Assembly (NCBI GenBank): GCA_028534125.1
Contig: CM052816.1
Location: 41,852,001 to 41,916,000 of the forward strand
Direction of reading: 5' to 3'
Length of the DNA stretch: 64,000 nucleotides
DNA from: Lama glama
Taxonomy: Eukaryota
Shown here: one piece after another, positions 38,930 through 52,620 of the stretch
Numbering within the stretch: the stretch's first letter is position 1
Layout: each line of letters begins with the position of its first letter
The notes under the pieces: generated by a model
What the model was told of the DNA's origin: nothing
What the model saw: the letters and a program-made list of their open reading frames with translations, nothing else
Databases searched by the model: none
Program-made: the position numbers and the translations under genes

Positions 38930-39526
38930 CAGTAAAATATCAAGCCTTTTGTCTCAGGATACATTAAAAATCATTGAGGACCTCAAGAAGCTCTTGTTTA
39001 TATAGGTTATGTCTATTGATATTTACTGAATTAAAAAGAAAAATTGAGACATTTAAAAATATTCATTTAATAGTCTTTTTAAGTAAAACAATAATAAATC
39101 CAACACTTGTTGGAAAAATGGAAAAATAATTATGTTTTTGAAAACAAAAAAATTATCAAGAACAGTGTTATTGCTTTACATTTTAAATATCTTTTTAATG
39201 TCCAGCTTAATAGGAAAAAGCTGGATTATCTGATGTACTTCTTCATTCACTATTGCAATTTGTTGTTTTAGTCAAAGTCTATGAAGGAAATCCAGCATTA
39301 CACAGATAGGTAATTGGGAATGGGAGAACTTTTAATAGCCTTTTCAGATAATTTTGGGTACATTATGTAACTTCTGGGAAAATCTACCATATCTTTATGA
39401 GAGAAGGAGAATGAGACAGATAAATACTATCTTAGTATTGTTATGAATATGGTTTTGACTTTGTGTACTTCCCGAAAAGTCTCAGGAGCTCATAAGGGTC
39501 TCCAGACCACACTTTGAGAACTATTG
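38930..39526. mobile_element. MER119 (hAT-Charlie)
   Basis: ttttgtctcaggat...aaaatcattgaggacctcaagaagctcttgttt...tctccagaccacactttgagaactattg; TSD gtctaaaa/gtcttaaa. Confidence 0.8.
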
Positions 39527-40971
39527 GTCTTAAATATAATGTTTCAAGAGGGAGAATAAAGAAGCCTACAGACTGAGTCTTGTACTATTACTTATTCAGG
39601 GTCCATTTATTTAATTAGTGATCATTTCCACAGGATGATTTTGAAATTTACTTCATTGAGAGGAATTGGCATAAATGCTACATAGTGGTCAAATGTTGAA
39701 CTAAATGTCAATGTAAAGTTAGGCAAGCAAGTAAAATTAAATAATTTATGGCTGGACAATTCATCTTCACTTGGTATAATTTCTCTTATGCCTTTTCCAT
39801 TTTCTTTCTATTTACACATTATGACTTGTCTTACTGTCACACTGTCACATTCTCAGCTTGGAATAGGGCAGCTGTGTGACTTGTCTGATGAGGGGTCACT
39901 TGGAGGCATTTTTCATGCTTTGCATTGACCATCAATCAGCCATGATGAATGCTCATGTGAACAATTTCCACCATGAAAACACCTTGTGCAGCACTTGAGA
40001 GTAAAAGAGGAAAGACAGGTTTGGCAAGAATGAGGAGACAAGAGAGGGAGCCTAAAACCAATTTTCTAAATCTGTTGCTCTGCTGGAATGATTGTGAGAG
40101 ATGATGGATGACTGATATCACTCTCAAGTGTCTTTTATCCCTTAGGATAATTTTGCCAATTTTCCGGTGAACTTAAATGTCCACAGATGTTTGAGATGAA
40201 ACCTGCTGATTTGTAATTCAAAGTCTTTAACTGCCAAATTGTTGGAGAATGTCAATGGAAACTGGCAACTTGACTACAGTGTCAGCAAAAGACCATTTAG
40301 TGTCCTGAAGATACTCTTGTAATTTGTCATTGGCATAAATGTCAAGTCTAATGATTTTTTTTTTAGTAGATTAGGAATAAGAATGGAATGTTAAGTGTTG
40401 CTAGTCTCAGCTCACACTTGGTGAATATATAATTCAAGGAAAAAATGTTAACTAAGAAGTTAGTTTAAAACTTTGTTGCATTTTACGTTTATTAAAATGA
40501 TTGTGAATACTAAAAAATAATTTTAAAGAACATGAAACTAGGGGTTTTTTTAGAAAAATCATCATCACTTATATGAAATGGGTATTAGCTGAAGTGAAAA
40601 GGATGTTTCTGGTTAAAAGATTTCTCTGAAACTTGTTGAAAAAGAAGTAGAAATTGGCCTCTCTGTGTCTCTCTGGTGTGCAGACCTCATCCCACTTTTG
40701 TTCTGTCCTTTCCTTAATGCCATTGCTTTAGGAAGATTACTAAATGCTGAAAAGGAAGAGTTGCCTTTGTTTCTTCATATCCTCCATTAGCACATTAAAT
40801 ATTTTAACTGCAGTTCAACCCTTTTATTGAAATTAGAAACATAGGAACTTTATATTCAAATTTTAAAATATGTATGGTCTGAGTTTCATAGTAAATTATT
40901 TTTAATAGTATTATTTTCTATCTTTGTTGTCCTTTGAACATGCTAATAACCATATTTTCCCACAATCTTAG

Positions 40972-41160
40972 CCAGAATTTCTCAACCTGATTGTATATTA
41001 GAATACCTAGGAACTTAAAAAAATTATATACATGCCTGGATTTTGAATTATATACATATAGACCAAAATGGATTGGAATCCCTTGAAGAACCAAGTATTG
41101 ATATTTTAATGAAATTCTCCAAGTGACTTTAACACACAACTATAACTGAGAATTACTGGT
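40972..41160. mobile_element. MER5-type hAT MITE
   Basis: tttctcaacctgattgtatattagaatacctaggaactt...ctccaagtgact...ctgagaattactg. Confidence 0.7.
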
Positions 41161-41537
41161 CTAGGTTATGAATGACAAATAAGTTTTCATCAACCAATTG
41201 TTAATAGCTGTTAGAGAACTATGTTAAGAATAATTCCAGGGTCATATTTGGATTTAAGGTAAGAGCACTGTGATGTACTCATGATGCCTGCCAAGGACTC
41301 TAGAGAGCAGATTGATTAGTGGCTCACAAGTCAAGTACTTACCATCCCTCAACATGGCCTTCTGACTTTAAATTTCTTCCCTTATGAGTACTGGATCCAT
41401 TCCCCAATTCTCTGGTGTGTATCCATATTATGAGGCCCACCATACGTATCTCATAATATTGATACTGAGATATTTTATTTTATATACCTTTTTTCTAGTA
41501 GTTTCACTAGCAAAAGAGTGGATTCTAAGATTAAGTA

Positions 41538-41538
<1 letters not shown>

Positions 41539-41569
<31 letters not shown>
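41539..41569. repeat. (CA)n microsatellite
   Basis: Direct reading. Confidence 0.95.
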
Positions 41570-41571
<2 letters not shown>

Positions 41572-43579
41572 ACATTTTACGTATTGCCAAAGTGAATATT
41601 TATTATGGCCACAGTATAAGAGAGAATGTATCCTTTTTTGCCATGACAATTGTCGATATATATTAATAGTTAAGAGTTATGAACTCAAAAGTGAAGGGGA
41701 AAAATATCTTCTTATAATCCTAGTTATTCAACTTACTCTGTGACTTCTGCTTGCTATTTAAACTGCCTGAACACTAGTTTTATTATATATTAAATAGATC
41801 TAACATTATTATGTACTTTATAGTAAGAATGTTGTGAGAATCATATGATGTATATACTTGTAAATGCTTTGTACAATCAGAAAACATGAAACATATTTAG
41901 TTATTATTATTGGCATGTGGATCATCTGATTAGCCATAAAAATTTGTCAGTTCAACTAGGTACTATTGTACATCATACTCCCTAGCTACCTCTAACAAAT
42001 CATTAATGCACAGAATATAAAACATTGGGGGGAGATTAATATGCTATAGAAACATCTGGCTACTACCACATCTAAAATTACTGAATAATCTATTCAAGGT
42101 CATAAAGCAAGTGGCAAAATCAAGATTCAGTCCCTAGATACACTTTAAGCTAGTCGACAGAAAATGCCTCACACTTTACAAAGTCTACTGATTTATATTA
42201 TCTCAATTGCTATTTATAACAACCTGTTAGATAGGTATTGAGATCATTTTACAGATGAATAAACAGAGGCTCAGAAAATTAAAATTATTTGTTTTAGGTG
42301 GCTCAGCTAATCTTAATTAAAATTAGAATTGTTTAAATTGTAGCTGTAGTGTCACAGACTTTTTATTTCCACAGCTAAATGTCTTCTTTTGGTGGTATTC
42401 AGAAAATGTATACTTTTAGATTATCATAACATTAGTGCAAAAAGCTCACAACTGATAGAATTTATTTTATTTTTGTTGTGCAAGATTCTACCTTGAAATA
42501 TTATATGTTGTTTTTTATAGTTTGTGAAAATTGTAAGATGATGGACATTTTCTTTCTGATGATGATTTAAGTCAACTGTCTTGTCTACTTTGGAAAAAAA
42601 ATTGGAATGGACAAATATTTCTATTCCAAATTCAACTAGTTGAGATTACCTCTTGTGTAGAAAGAATGAGATTTCTTTCCTTTTTTTACAAGATAACCAT
42701 TTCCACCTATATTTACGATGAAGATTTGTAGTTTTGTGAGATGTTATCATATCCTGTATACTACAGGTGTTAAACATTTAAAGGTCAACATTACAAAGAA
42801 ATGTCCAAATTTCTGTGCGTTTGCATATGTTTTCTCATGCCCTTGAATTAGTCATGCATGCATAAAATGCATGTGCAAACCATATGGCAAGAGATATACG
42901 TGTCACTTCAAAAAATCTCTTGCTACAAGGATCTGGGCTGCACACTAGCGGAATCACAGTTGAAGCCTACGAGGACTTGGATTCTCAAATGCCTGATTCA
43001 TGATCAAGCATTGGATTTATTTTTAGAATGAAGGAGTAGACTCTAAGAGTACCCAAGTGACTCTTTCAGTTAGAAATTTAGGCACAGAAGCAAGAGTGTT
43101 AACTCTTTGGGCAACCATGTATTAAATTTTATCTAAATGCCCCCCCTCTCAAAAAACCACATTATCTTAGGCAATAATAAAACCACAACAGAAACTCAAC
43201 AATAATAGGTTAATTGACATACTATTTTTTAATGGAAGTAAGTGAGGAATCATATGCCATGAAGAAGTATGGCTCAAGGGTTATGTATTTGGTTTTCTTT
43301 ACTGGTCATGTACTTTCTTGTTTGCCACAGGCCTTGCCACTTCTTGTGTGTTAAACCCTGCTCAGTATGCACATTTCAGTTTCTAGTCTGGCTCCTACTG
43401 GAATTTGAGTTTGTAACTCTTATGGGTTACCAGGCTCTTAGTCCTCCACAACCCCCTCCCCACTGCCCTGTATGCATTCTAAAACTAAGTTAGTTTGCCT
43501 CAAGTTTCTGTACTCAGAATAAGTTAATTGTGTTTTTTCTCATAGTGAAGCAGTGGTACTTTAGGAAGACCAGACAGGA

Positions 43580-43975
43580 GACTTTATCAGTAATCCTTCA
43601 TCTCAGGTGAGAGGTGATGGTGGCTCAGACTGCAAAGTATTAGTAAGATATGAGATGGTAAGAAGTGGTCAGATACTGAATTTTTTTTGAAACTAGAGTC
43701 AACAAGTTGATGATACATTAGAATTAAGATATGAAAATAATTAGAAGTGAAGCTTACACCAAGGTAATTGGCTCAAGTAACTGAAAGGATGGACTTAACA
43801 TCAAATGACATGGGAAAGGTAGTGAATAGAACAGCTTTAGACAGAAGAATCAGGAGTTCAACTTTAGACTTACTGGGTTTGGAATATTCATTACATATCC
43901 AAGTGTAAGTGTTGAATAGGCTGTTGAATATACAAGTTTGGAATTTGAGAGAGAAGTCTGGGGTGGAGTTGTGTA
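43580..43975 (-). mobile_element. L2 LINE fragment
   Basis: caggtgagaggtgatggtggctcagact...caggagttcaactttagact...gttgaataggctgttgaatatacaagtttgga. Confidence 0.8.
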
Positions 43976-44507
43976 TTTTTCATGGTGTTTTTCTATATTT
44001 CTTTCATTTTGTCTATCTATGTCTGGGTGATTTCCTGAAATATTTTTTTCAATTAATTGATATCCTGTAAGCAATATCTAATCATCTATAGTTGATCCAT
44101 ATAGAGTAATTTTTATTTTAATTACTATATTTTATAACAAGCCTTTTGGGATACTTTTCAAATCTGGCTCTTCTTGGTCCATAATTTTCTGTCATTGTTT
44201 TGTGGACTTGATTACTTTATATATCTTTTTAAATGTTATATATGCTTATTTTCAATATCCTTTTAGGTTCTTATATTTGCTCCAGTTCTTTGGATGAAAG
44301 TTTTTCATTTTATAAAATCTGAGGGCTGTATTGTTGCCATTACACATGCTCATATGTTTCATAATTATTAATAAGCTTATCTTCCCTGGATATTTTCTTC
44401 CTTTAAGAATCTTTGAGTGCTGAGGATAAAATAACACCTGCCCCTTGAGTTAATACTGGATATACTTCTAATTGAGCATCAGCATTTTTACCCATTCTAG
44501 CCCAATT

Positions 44508-44631
44508 GTTTTAATATATTTATTTTTATTGAAGTATAATCAGCTTATAGTGTGTCAGTTTCTGGTGTACAGCACTATGCTTCAGTCATACATGAACATA
44601 CATATATTCATTTTCATATTCTTTTTCACCA
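44508..44631 (-). mobile_element. Very short (~120 bp) L1 3' end with 14-bp TSD
   Basis: TSD attctagcccaatt at 44494-44507 and 44632-44645; L1 terminus ttttattgaagtataatcagctta...gtttctggtgtacagca. Confidence 0.85.
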
Positions 44632-45839
44632 ATTCTAGCCCAATTTTTATGTCAACTTCTTAATCCAGGCTTTTCATAATGCACATAGCATGAGTTTATA
44701 CTTGATCTCGTAAGCTGGTAGATTTGAGATCTTGATTTATTGAAAGGAATTCTGTCTTTACACATCATTTAATCCACTTCCTAAAATATCTCTGGGTCAG
44801 TAAGCAATTTTTTTCTGGTTTCTTTTCAGCTTTGATGCAGTATTTTTCTTGCTCATGATTCTGTAAGTGAGCTCATTTGCTCATTTGCATGGACTCAACA
44901 TCTATTCCAGATCACTAACAGAAGTTACAGTTCCCTGGTGAATAATGTGCCCATATGTAAGATACTTCTTCTTGTTGCTAAGACTATGCATATGGAACAT
45001 AACATTCATGCATACTATCTGAGGTAAATATTTGAGAAAGAATTATATAAACAAAACAAAGCAAATGAAACAGAAGTGTCCTAAAAATACATGGAGGTGA
45101 AGAGGAAAATAAGTAGTGCTAAATAATAAGGTACATTGTATTACAGATAGAGCTATATAAATGAATAATGATAGATAACCTAAAATTAGTAAAAAAAAAA
45201 AAAAGTAAATAAGAACTCTTAGAAGAAATGGGGAGAAAGATTTCCAGAATGGCTGAGTGAGAAATTCAGCATATCCTGTCCATAAAAAGCAATGATAAAA
45301 CTAGACGAAACTGTCCGAAATTAAGTAAGGGATACGATAAATTTATTTTATTTGTTCAAGAAAAGCTACTGAAACTTGGTAATAATAGTAGGATTCTATG
45401 GCATTTTAACCTGGGACTTCTTTCATCCTCTTCTTGCCCACTAGCTCAGGCAAAGACTATTCAGAACAAATCCAGACTTCTAAGCTAACTTTCAACGTAG
45501 ATATACATGGTTCAGTGATTTTTAGACTTGGTTTAAATGGTAAAAGTTCTTAACAAATTTCCCTTATTTCTACATCACAGCATGTTTTAAAAATTGGAAG
45601 TGAAATCAATAGTCAAAATTAAATGTCTTTTTTGTTAGTACTAGAAAGCTAAGGATAACTAACAAAATTCCTATTCTTTAAATATGCTATATATTTATGG
45701 ATTTATCAACTGCTAAAAACTAAATATCCTTGAAAGAAAAAACAATTGCTATGGAAGGGTCAGTCAATCAGCCAGTACTAATTGCATGTTTATTATTTCT
45801 CAGCATTAGTTTGGAATGATAAGGGATATAGAAAAATTA

Positions 45840-47948
45840 ACACTTGTTTCTAACTTGTGGCTGGGTAGTTCTTTTGTTGCCTTCAACTGAGCTCATTCAT
45901 GCAGCTGCACCCAGCTAGAATATTGGCTGGGGACTTGTCCCAGCTAAGACGTCTAAAACAGCTTCATGTCTCTCTCCATGTGGTTTTTCATACTCCAGAA
46001 AACTAAACTGGGTGTCCTCACATAGTGGCAGCAATGTTTGAGGAGCTCAAGACTCAACTGCAGATGCTTATCAAGCCGCTGCCTGAATTACATTTGCTGA
46101 TGTCCCACTGGTAAAAGCAAATTCCATGAGGGAGGGGATTTCATAAGAGTATCTTTATAGGAAGGTATGATTCATTGGGCTCCATTTTGGTACCAGTCTG
46201 CCACATTCCAACCCCTGGCTTCGATGATTCATATCTTTCCCAAACACAAAATACACTCATCACCTCCTAAACAGGCTTCATCCAGTCATAGCATCAGTTA
46301 AGAAGCCCATGATCTCATAAACAGGATCAGGTCTGGATATGGATGAGGCAGCTTGGGTGGAGCTCCTCTTGATCCAAATACTCATGACCTAAAAAAACAA
46401 GTTATTTGCCCCTCACATACTTAACATAAAACAGTGAATCAGGAAAAAGTAGCAGCAGTAGGCACAGCAATTCAAAAGAAAAAGAACAGAATATAGAAAT
46501 CACTGGACCATGATAACTCTAAAAGCCAGGTAGACACTTAGTTATCAGGGTTCTCCACACTGGGGACAAGGAATATTCCTTGATTAGGGCCCAGTTTCTC
46601 CCAGGGAGTCAATCTCAAAAACATTGTTCTCTGTTGTGCTTGGCTCTTGTCTCTGAAAACTTGGTTCTGGTCTGTGAGACGTCTTTCTTCTTTTTTATTA
46701 GAAATGACCTGAATTTGCCACTGAGTAGTTTTCTCAGCCTACTACTGCCTTTAGTAAACTGGGGAGCCAGAAGCTTCTTTTCCTTTTAAGCTGTCTCTGT
46801 CTCTTTCAGTCCAAACTGATAAATTTCCTTATAAACTTTGTGATCTTTCTCTAAGTCAGACTGAAGTTCATTTGATGACCTTGAAGCCACATCTACAATT
46901 ATTTTAAAGGCAGACCTATTTATTTACTTTAGACTCCATATGTAGCTGCTGTGAAGCAATGCTTTAAAGGATTCTTAAAAGCATTTCTGTCTAGAGGAGA
47001 CTGTCTACTAGGCACCTCTTTAATTCTTTTTGAGGTCTTAACAGAGGGTCTTACCATCACACCACTGTTTGGATAATTACTGTAAAGGCATATATTTATT
47101 TGAGAATCTTTTGCCGGCTAGAGGGACAGAATATGTGAAATAATATTATTTTTTTCCAAAGGAGAAACTTTGGCTTCAAAAATAAATATATTCTCTAAAT
47201 TCACCATGCAAAGTCAATTTCTTTTTTATCTCCTCTTTTTCTTCCCTTACTTTATAATACACAGCTAAAGGAAAAAGACTGACACTTTTAGTATTCTAGA
47301 TATTCTAGTATATCTAGAATTGCTGTCCAGACTTACAAGTTCATTATTGAATCATTAGGCATATGCTCCATCTTCCAAAATATTGCAGAAAATAGTTTTT
47401 CCATTGCTTCTATGCTATAACACATCTTCTAGCATCTCATAGCAGGTTCCTCCACACTGCTCCAGCATTCACCCATTGCCTAGTTCCAAAGCCAGTGCCA
47501 TGATTTTTAGGCTTGTGTTATAGCAGTCATCCAATTTTGGTACAAATTTTCAAATCAATTGTCTATTGGTAACTTAAAGCAATGAAAAATTATTATTATT
47601 ATTTCTTAAATTTCCATGGGTTGCTCAGTCATTCTTTTGTAGCATTATCTTGGTCTCATTCATGGAGATTCACTCAGCCAGAGAGTCTATAGGGAGCTCA
47701 GCTTGGCTAGGACATTTGTAATGGCTGCTTCCACCTCTATGTGGTCTTTAATTCTCTGGAAGTCTGGAATGGGCTTCCTTACCTTGGTGACAGCAATATT
47801 TCATGAGGGCAAGCCCCAATGTATACATGGTTTTCCCATTGGCCTAAGAAAGTCACTTGACCAAGTCCATGTGGGAGAGGAACACACAAAGATGTGTGTA
47901 CTGAGCACTGTGGTTCATTGGATTCCGTTAGCATAATAATATTCTACA
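45840..47948 (-). mobile_element. MaLR MLT1 element with LTR-internal-LTR structure
   Basis: LTR ~45840-46204 ending ...ggtaccagtctgccaca. MLT1-int-like 46205-47550 ending ccattgcctagttccaaagccagtgcca...ggtacaaattttc. Second LTR ~47551-47948. Confidence 0.75.
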
Positions 47949-48941
47949 AGATCCATCGTCTTGTCTTTTACCTTGGGCTATGTAATCACATAGAAATCTT
48001 ATAACAGGTGATAAGAAATTGAATTTAAATTTTCTCAAAAGCCAGGTACTACATTTTGATATTACTTATTCCTACAAGGAAATAATTTCTGTCAAATTCA
48101 ACATATTTTCTATCGTTAAAGTTTGACAAATTCTAGTTTATGATACTAATCCTTATTTAACACAGACTATTTCCTATAGAGTAAAAAACAAAATTCAATT
48201 TACTTTTTAGTTGTTCCTTCTGTATCTAAATTTCCTCGTCTAGGTAGTTAGAAGCTCTCCAGTCCTTTTTGGTTCCTATGTTTTCTAAGATCCTTCCTTA
48301 CAATTTCCTTAGGTTTGATATCACATCTTTTCAAATTAATTCATTTTAATTAATTAATTAATTAGATTTGCCTAATTTACTCTGACTTAATTTTTTGTTA
48401 CTTTTAAGAACCTTAATCATTTATTTTTAAAAACAGCAAATATTTTCAGTTGCCAGGAGGTCATACAGGTTTTAAATTGTTTATGGGAACTAACATGAAA
48501 TTCAGGAGTCAGCTGAAAGTTTAAGTTTCCAAAACACCTTCTCTGACTTCCTCACCCCCAGTATAGAATCAGTCACTCCCTCATCTATGTCCTCAGAAAG
48601 CCTGAGTCATTGCAGGTCTGTGAGTCTCATGAAGATGCAGAGGAAAGGTTATATTTTAGAGAGCAGAAGTAAAAATGGATTTACATTATATTACAATTGG
48701 TTGGTTTCCTATATATTTTTTCCTCCTAGATTATTACCTACTTGAGGGCAAACAGCCTCATCTCATACTTATTTCGTATATATAGTACCTATTTCAATGG
48801 TACCTATTTCAGTGTCTGGCACTATTAGCAAATCACTAAATATTTGTTGAATTTATTTTTTCCCCAGAGGTATGCAAGGATGTTTCTTTTGTAAATTGTA
48901 AAAATAATGCAATAATAGGCTTCATAGCCACTGAAGAAATA

Positions 48942-48949
48942 GTGTGTGT

Positions 48950-49004
<55 letters not shown>
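48942..49004. repeat. (GT)n(AT)n microsatellite
   Basis: Direct reading. Confidence 0.95.
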
Positions 49005-49008
<4 letters not shown>

Positions 49009-52000
49009 AGAGTAGTTAAAATTATGAGGTCTTGAATAACGGAAGTGCCATGATTCATGCCAATGTTCTCATTTATGATATTTATTTTCATTCCTGACAT
49101 GGAATAAAAACTCAACCCGATGGCTGGACTAATGTTGTAGCAAGCTCCCTTACACGTTTGGAATCAGCATGTCAATATGAAGCACCCAGAGGTTGCATGG
49201 CAAAGTACTGGGATTTGGAACTCTTAAACATTCTATTCCTAGTTAAATAGAATTTTCATTATCTAAGTTAGTGTTCTTGTGAATATCCTAACTGCAACTA
49301 ATCTGGAACCCTAAGGTTTATAAGGAAATCTGCTTCTCTGAAATTACTTCAGACTTCGTGAGAGTTGTTGGTAGATGACAAACAAAATAAGATTCCCACT
49401 CCTTTTATTACTTTAATTCACTTTGGTTGCCTATTGATCTTCAATGAATTTGAAAGCATAAGAAAAGATTTCTGAGTATCCTTTGTGTTTTGCAGGTAGA
49501 AGTCAATTTTGATCATGTTTGTCTCAGTTTAATTAACACAGAATAGTGAGTTAATGAAGTTAAACCCCAGGGTTTAATTGCCAATATGCTTGATTAAGCT
49601 CCAAGTTGAGAAAATCATTGCTTTCAGATGAATAACAAAACCACTAGACAGAGAGAGAGAACACAAGTTTGAATTTTATTTCTTCCACTTACTGTGTAAT
49701 CTTGGGCAAGTTAATTAACCATCTCAGGTTCAAGAAGGAAAAAATAGTATTAAATGCACCTGTATTAATTCTTAGAGACGTTGGAAAGATCTAATGTAAA
49801 AATATATGTAAAATTAATTTAAAATTAATTTTAAAACTCTAAAACATAATGAACACATTTATTATCATTATTGGAACATGACTGGAAGATCTGGATATAG
49901 GTATCATAAAATCTGTCACTTTTACTATAAAAACAGTTAATCACATAATCTGTATGATATCACCTATCATGTGTCAGTTATCTATGAATGATAACAGATT
50001 TGTAATATTTTAGTTAAAAATTTATTGGGAAGTTCTAGAATTTTAAGTGAGCATTATTTCTAAATATACTACTCTATATGTATTATTTTATTATTTATGA
50101 TCAGGTGTAACAGCTATCAGAGAAGCTCAGAGCCCATTCTTGAAGCCAGGTTTAGGGAAATAGATGCTGTGTGGGTTTTCTGGCTTACAGCTTTGGGCTT
50201 TGAGGAAAACTTATATGGCAGCTTCTTGATTTACTACCACATTTTGTGGTATTTTTTAGAGGATTTTTAATGCACCAGAAAAGTACAAATAATAGTATGA
50301 CAAGTATGTACATTCCAACTATCTATATACAACAACAATAATTGTTAATTTTTCAGTTATTGTAAGTCAAGCACCATCCAGGCCAAGAAATAGAACTTTG
50401 CTTGCTACCTCAGAAACCCTTTCAGAGGCTTCATTTCAGTCACAGTGCTCTCTCCTCCACCATAAATAATCGCTCTCCTGACATTTAGAGTAATCACATC
50501 TTTGTGATTTCCCTTTTATAGTCTTATCACTCCAGTATGCCACTAGATACTGTCACTCGACCTTGCCTGTGATTATAATATCATAGAGATCATTGGGCTG
50601 TTGAGGATTTGTCTCTACCCTCTTGTATTTGGGACTTTGTGGAGGTACCGTGTCACATAATTTGTTGTAAATGGTTTCCGTTGGTTTTTAGTTTTGTTAT
50701 CTAGTTGTTCTATCTGTTTTTATGTAGGGATTCAGAAAGATTGAAAAGCTTTCTGTCATTGCTGCCGCCATCTTCCCAGGTGTAATTGTCATTTTGTCAT
50801 CTTTTTCACGAGCTTTTGTTTTTTCTTTCTGCTTAAAATGAAGTATACAGATGTAGCCAAAGTCTCTCTTTTTCCAGTATTAAATATCTCTACATACATA
50901 AGTCTGTTCAAAGCTTTACATTTGGTTCCAGTGATTTCCTGATCTGTTCATATACTTATATATGTAGCATGTTGTTTTTATGCTATTGTTTCAAAGTTTG
51001 TTTAAATTTTGGCCATTTTTGCTATGCATTTTTCCCATGATGTATACTTAGATATTCACAGGTTTTTTTTTTACAGAAATTTTAGAATATGTCTATTGCA
51101 TTCTTTCAAAAAGCCAATTAGAATTATGATTGGAGTAAATTTATTAACTAGGTGAGAATTCTGTTCTTATGGTATTAAGTATTCCTATCCAACAGCACAA
51201 AATCTCTCCACTGCTCTGCCTTCACATCTTTAGAACAGTAACATTTATCTTGATTTCAGCAATTATATTTAAATTTCTTATTTACATTAATGGTTTTTCT
51301 ATTTATTTTGCTGATTTCTCTATATAGATAACTCTCCCTTAATAGTCCTCATACCTTTTATTAATTTTATTATAATTATTCTGTTGGCCATTCTCTGATA
51401 AACAATACTGGTGATAATAGATACCCTTGCTAATTCTTGATCTTAAAGAGCTTTCATATACATTTTTTCCCGTTAAATGTCATTTCTACTATAGTTCGCT
51501 AAATTATAGTCTTTTCCAAATTAAGGAAATTCCTTTCCATTCCTAGTTTACTAAGAGCTTTTGTCCTAAAACTTTGTTGAACTTTGACAGTTGCTTCTTT
51601 TGTGTGTTTATTGAGATAATTTTATGATTTTTATCTTTGAGTCTATTAATGTGGTAAATATTATTGGTAACTTTTTGATGTTGATAAACTAAAGCATGAT
51701 TTAGTATTTGTAAGTATATTTATTTTAGAATTTTTCCTTCTATGTTCATAAGTGAAATAAACCTCTGATTGCTTTTGTATTTTGACCTTATCTGATTATG
51801 GATAATATCACTAGTTTTATTAAATCAGATTAGCATTTTTAACCTTTTCTCTATACTGGCACAACTTTTATTAGATAGAAATTAACTGACCACTAAAAGA
51901 TTGATAACATAAATAACAACAGCATTAAATATTTAAATATTTAAACCTATTCTTCTAATTGATTTATATTTGTATTTATTAATTTGCTTCATTCAACAAT

Positions 52001-52077
52001 ATACAATAGATACTACTATTATTCCCTTTTTATAGATGAGGAAAGTGAAGTGCAAAAGGTTAAATAATTTGCCTTTT

Positions 52078-52620
52078 GTGGTTCTTAACCTAAGGTCTGT
52101 GAACCAAGGGTTACATGGATAGACTTTAGGGTATCTAAATTTTGGATGGAGAAGAAAGTACATGTTTATATTCACTAACCTGAAACTGAATTTTAGCACT
52201 TTATCATCTGTTACTTCTCCAACAACAGTATTTAGGTATAGTTTTATATAACTTTTCAGTTGTTATAGGTATCTCAAAAAAATATTGAAGCTCATCAGCC
52301 TTTTCAAATTATGGTAGATACCAGAATCATGTTTAGAACTTTTTTACTGATTCACTGCACTAACGAAGAAGCAGGATATGCACTTACTTTTTATTTAGTA
52401 CTTAATATTAATAGTTGTGTTTTAATGTAATTGCTTTCTTTGCAGTTTTGTATACAGACAGTCCTTGCTTTGCATACTTTTGTGGCAACTGACAAAGACT
52501 CTGTATTGCCACATAGTATGTATTGTGCAAACCATGGACTGCTTGTGTTTACTTTATGCATATAAAAACATTGTTCTGAGGTGGAGTTCATCTTTTTCAC
52601 CACAAAAATGGGTTAACATT
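52078..52620. mobile_element. MER113 (hAT-Charlie) inserted in a MIR
   Basis: ggttcttaacctaaggtctgtgaacc...ttggatggagaagaaagtacatgtttatattcactaacc...tttatgcatataaaaacattgttctgag. Confidence 0.75.
52455..52545. mobile_element. 91-bp palindromic Tigger-like MITE nested in MER113
   Basis: Imperfect TIRs cagacagtccttgctttgca / tgcaaaccatggactgcttg; inner stem tgtggcaa / ttgccaca; preceded by TA. Confidence 0.6.
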
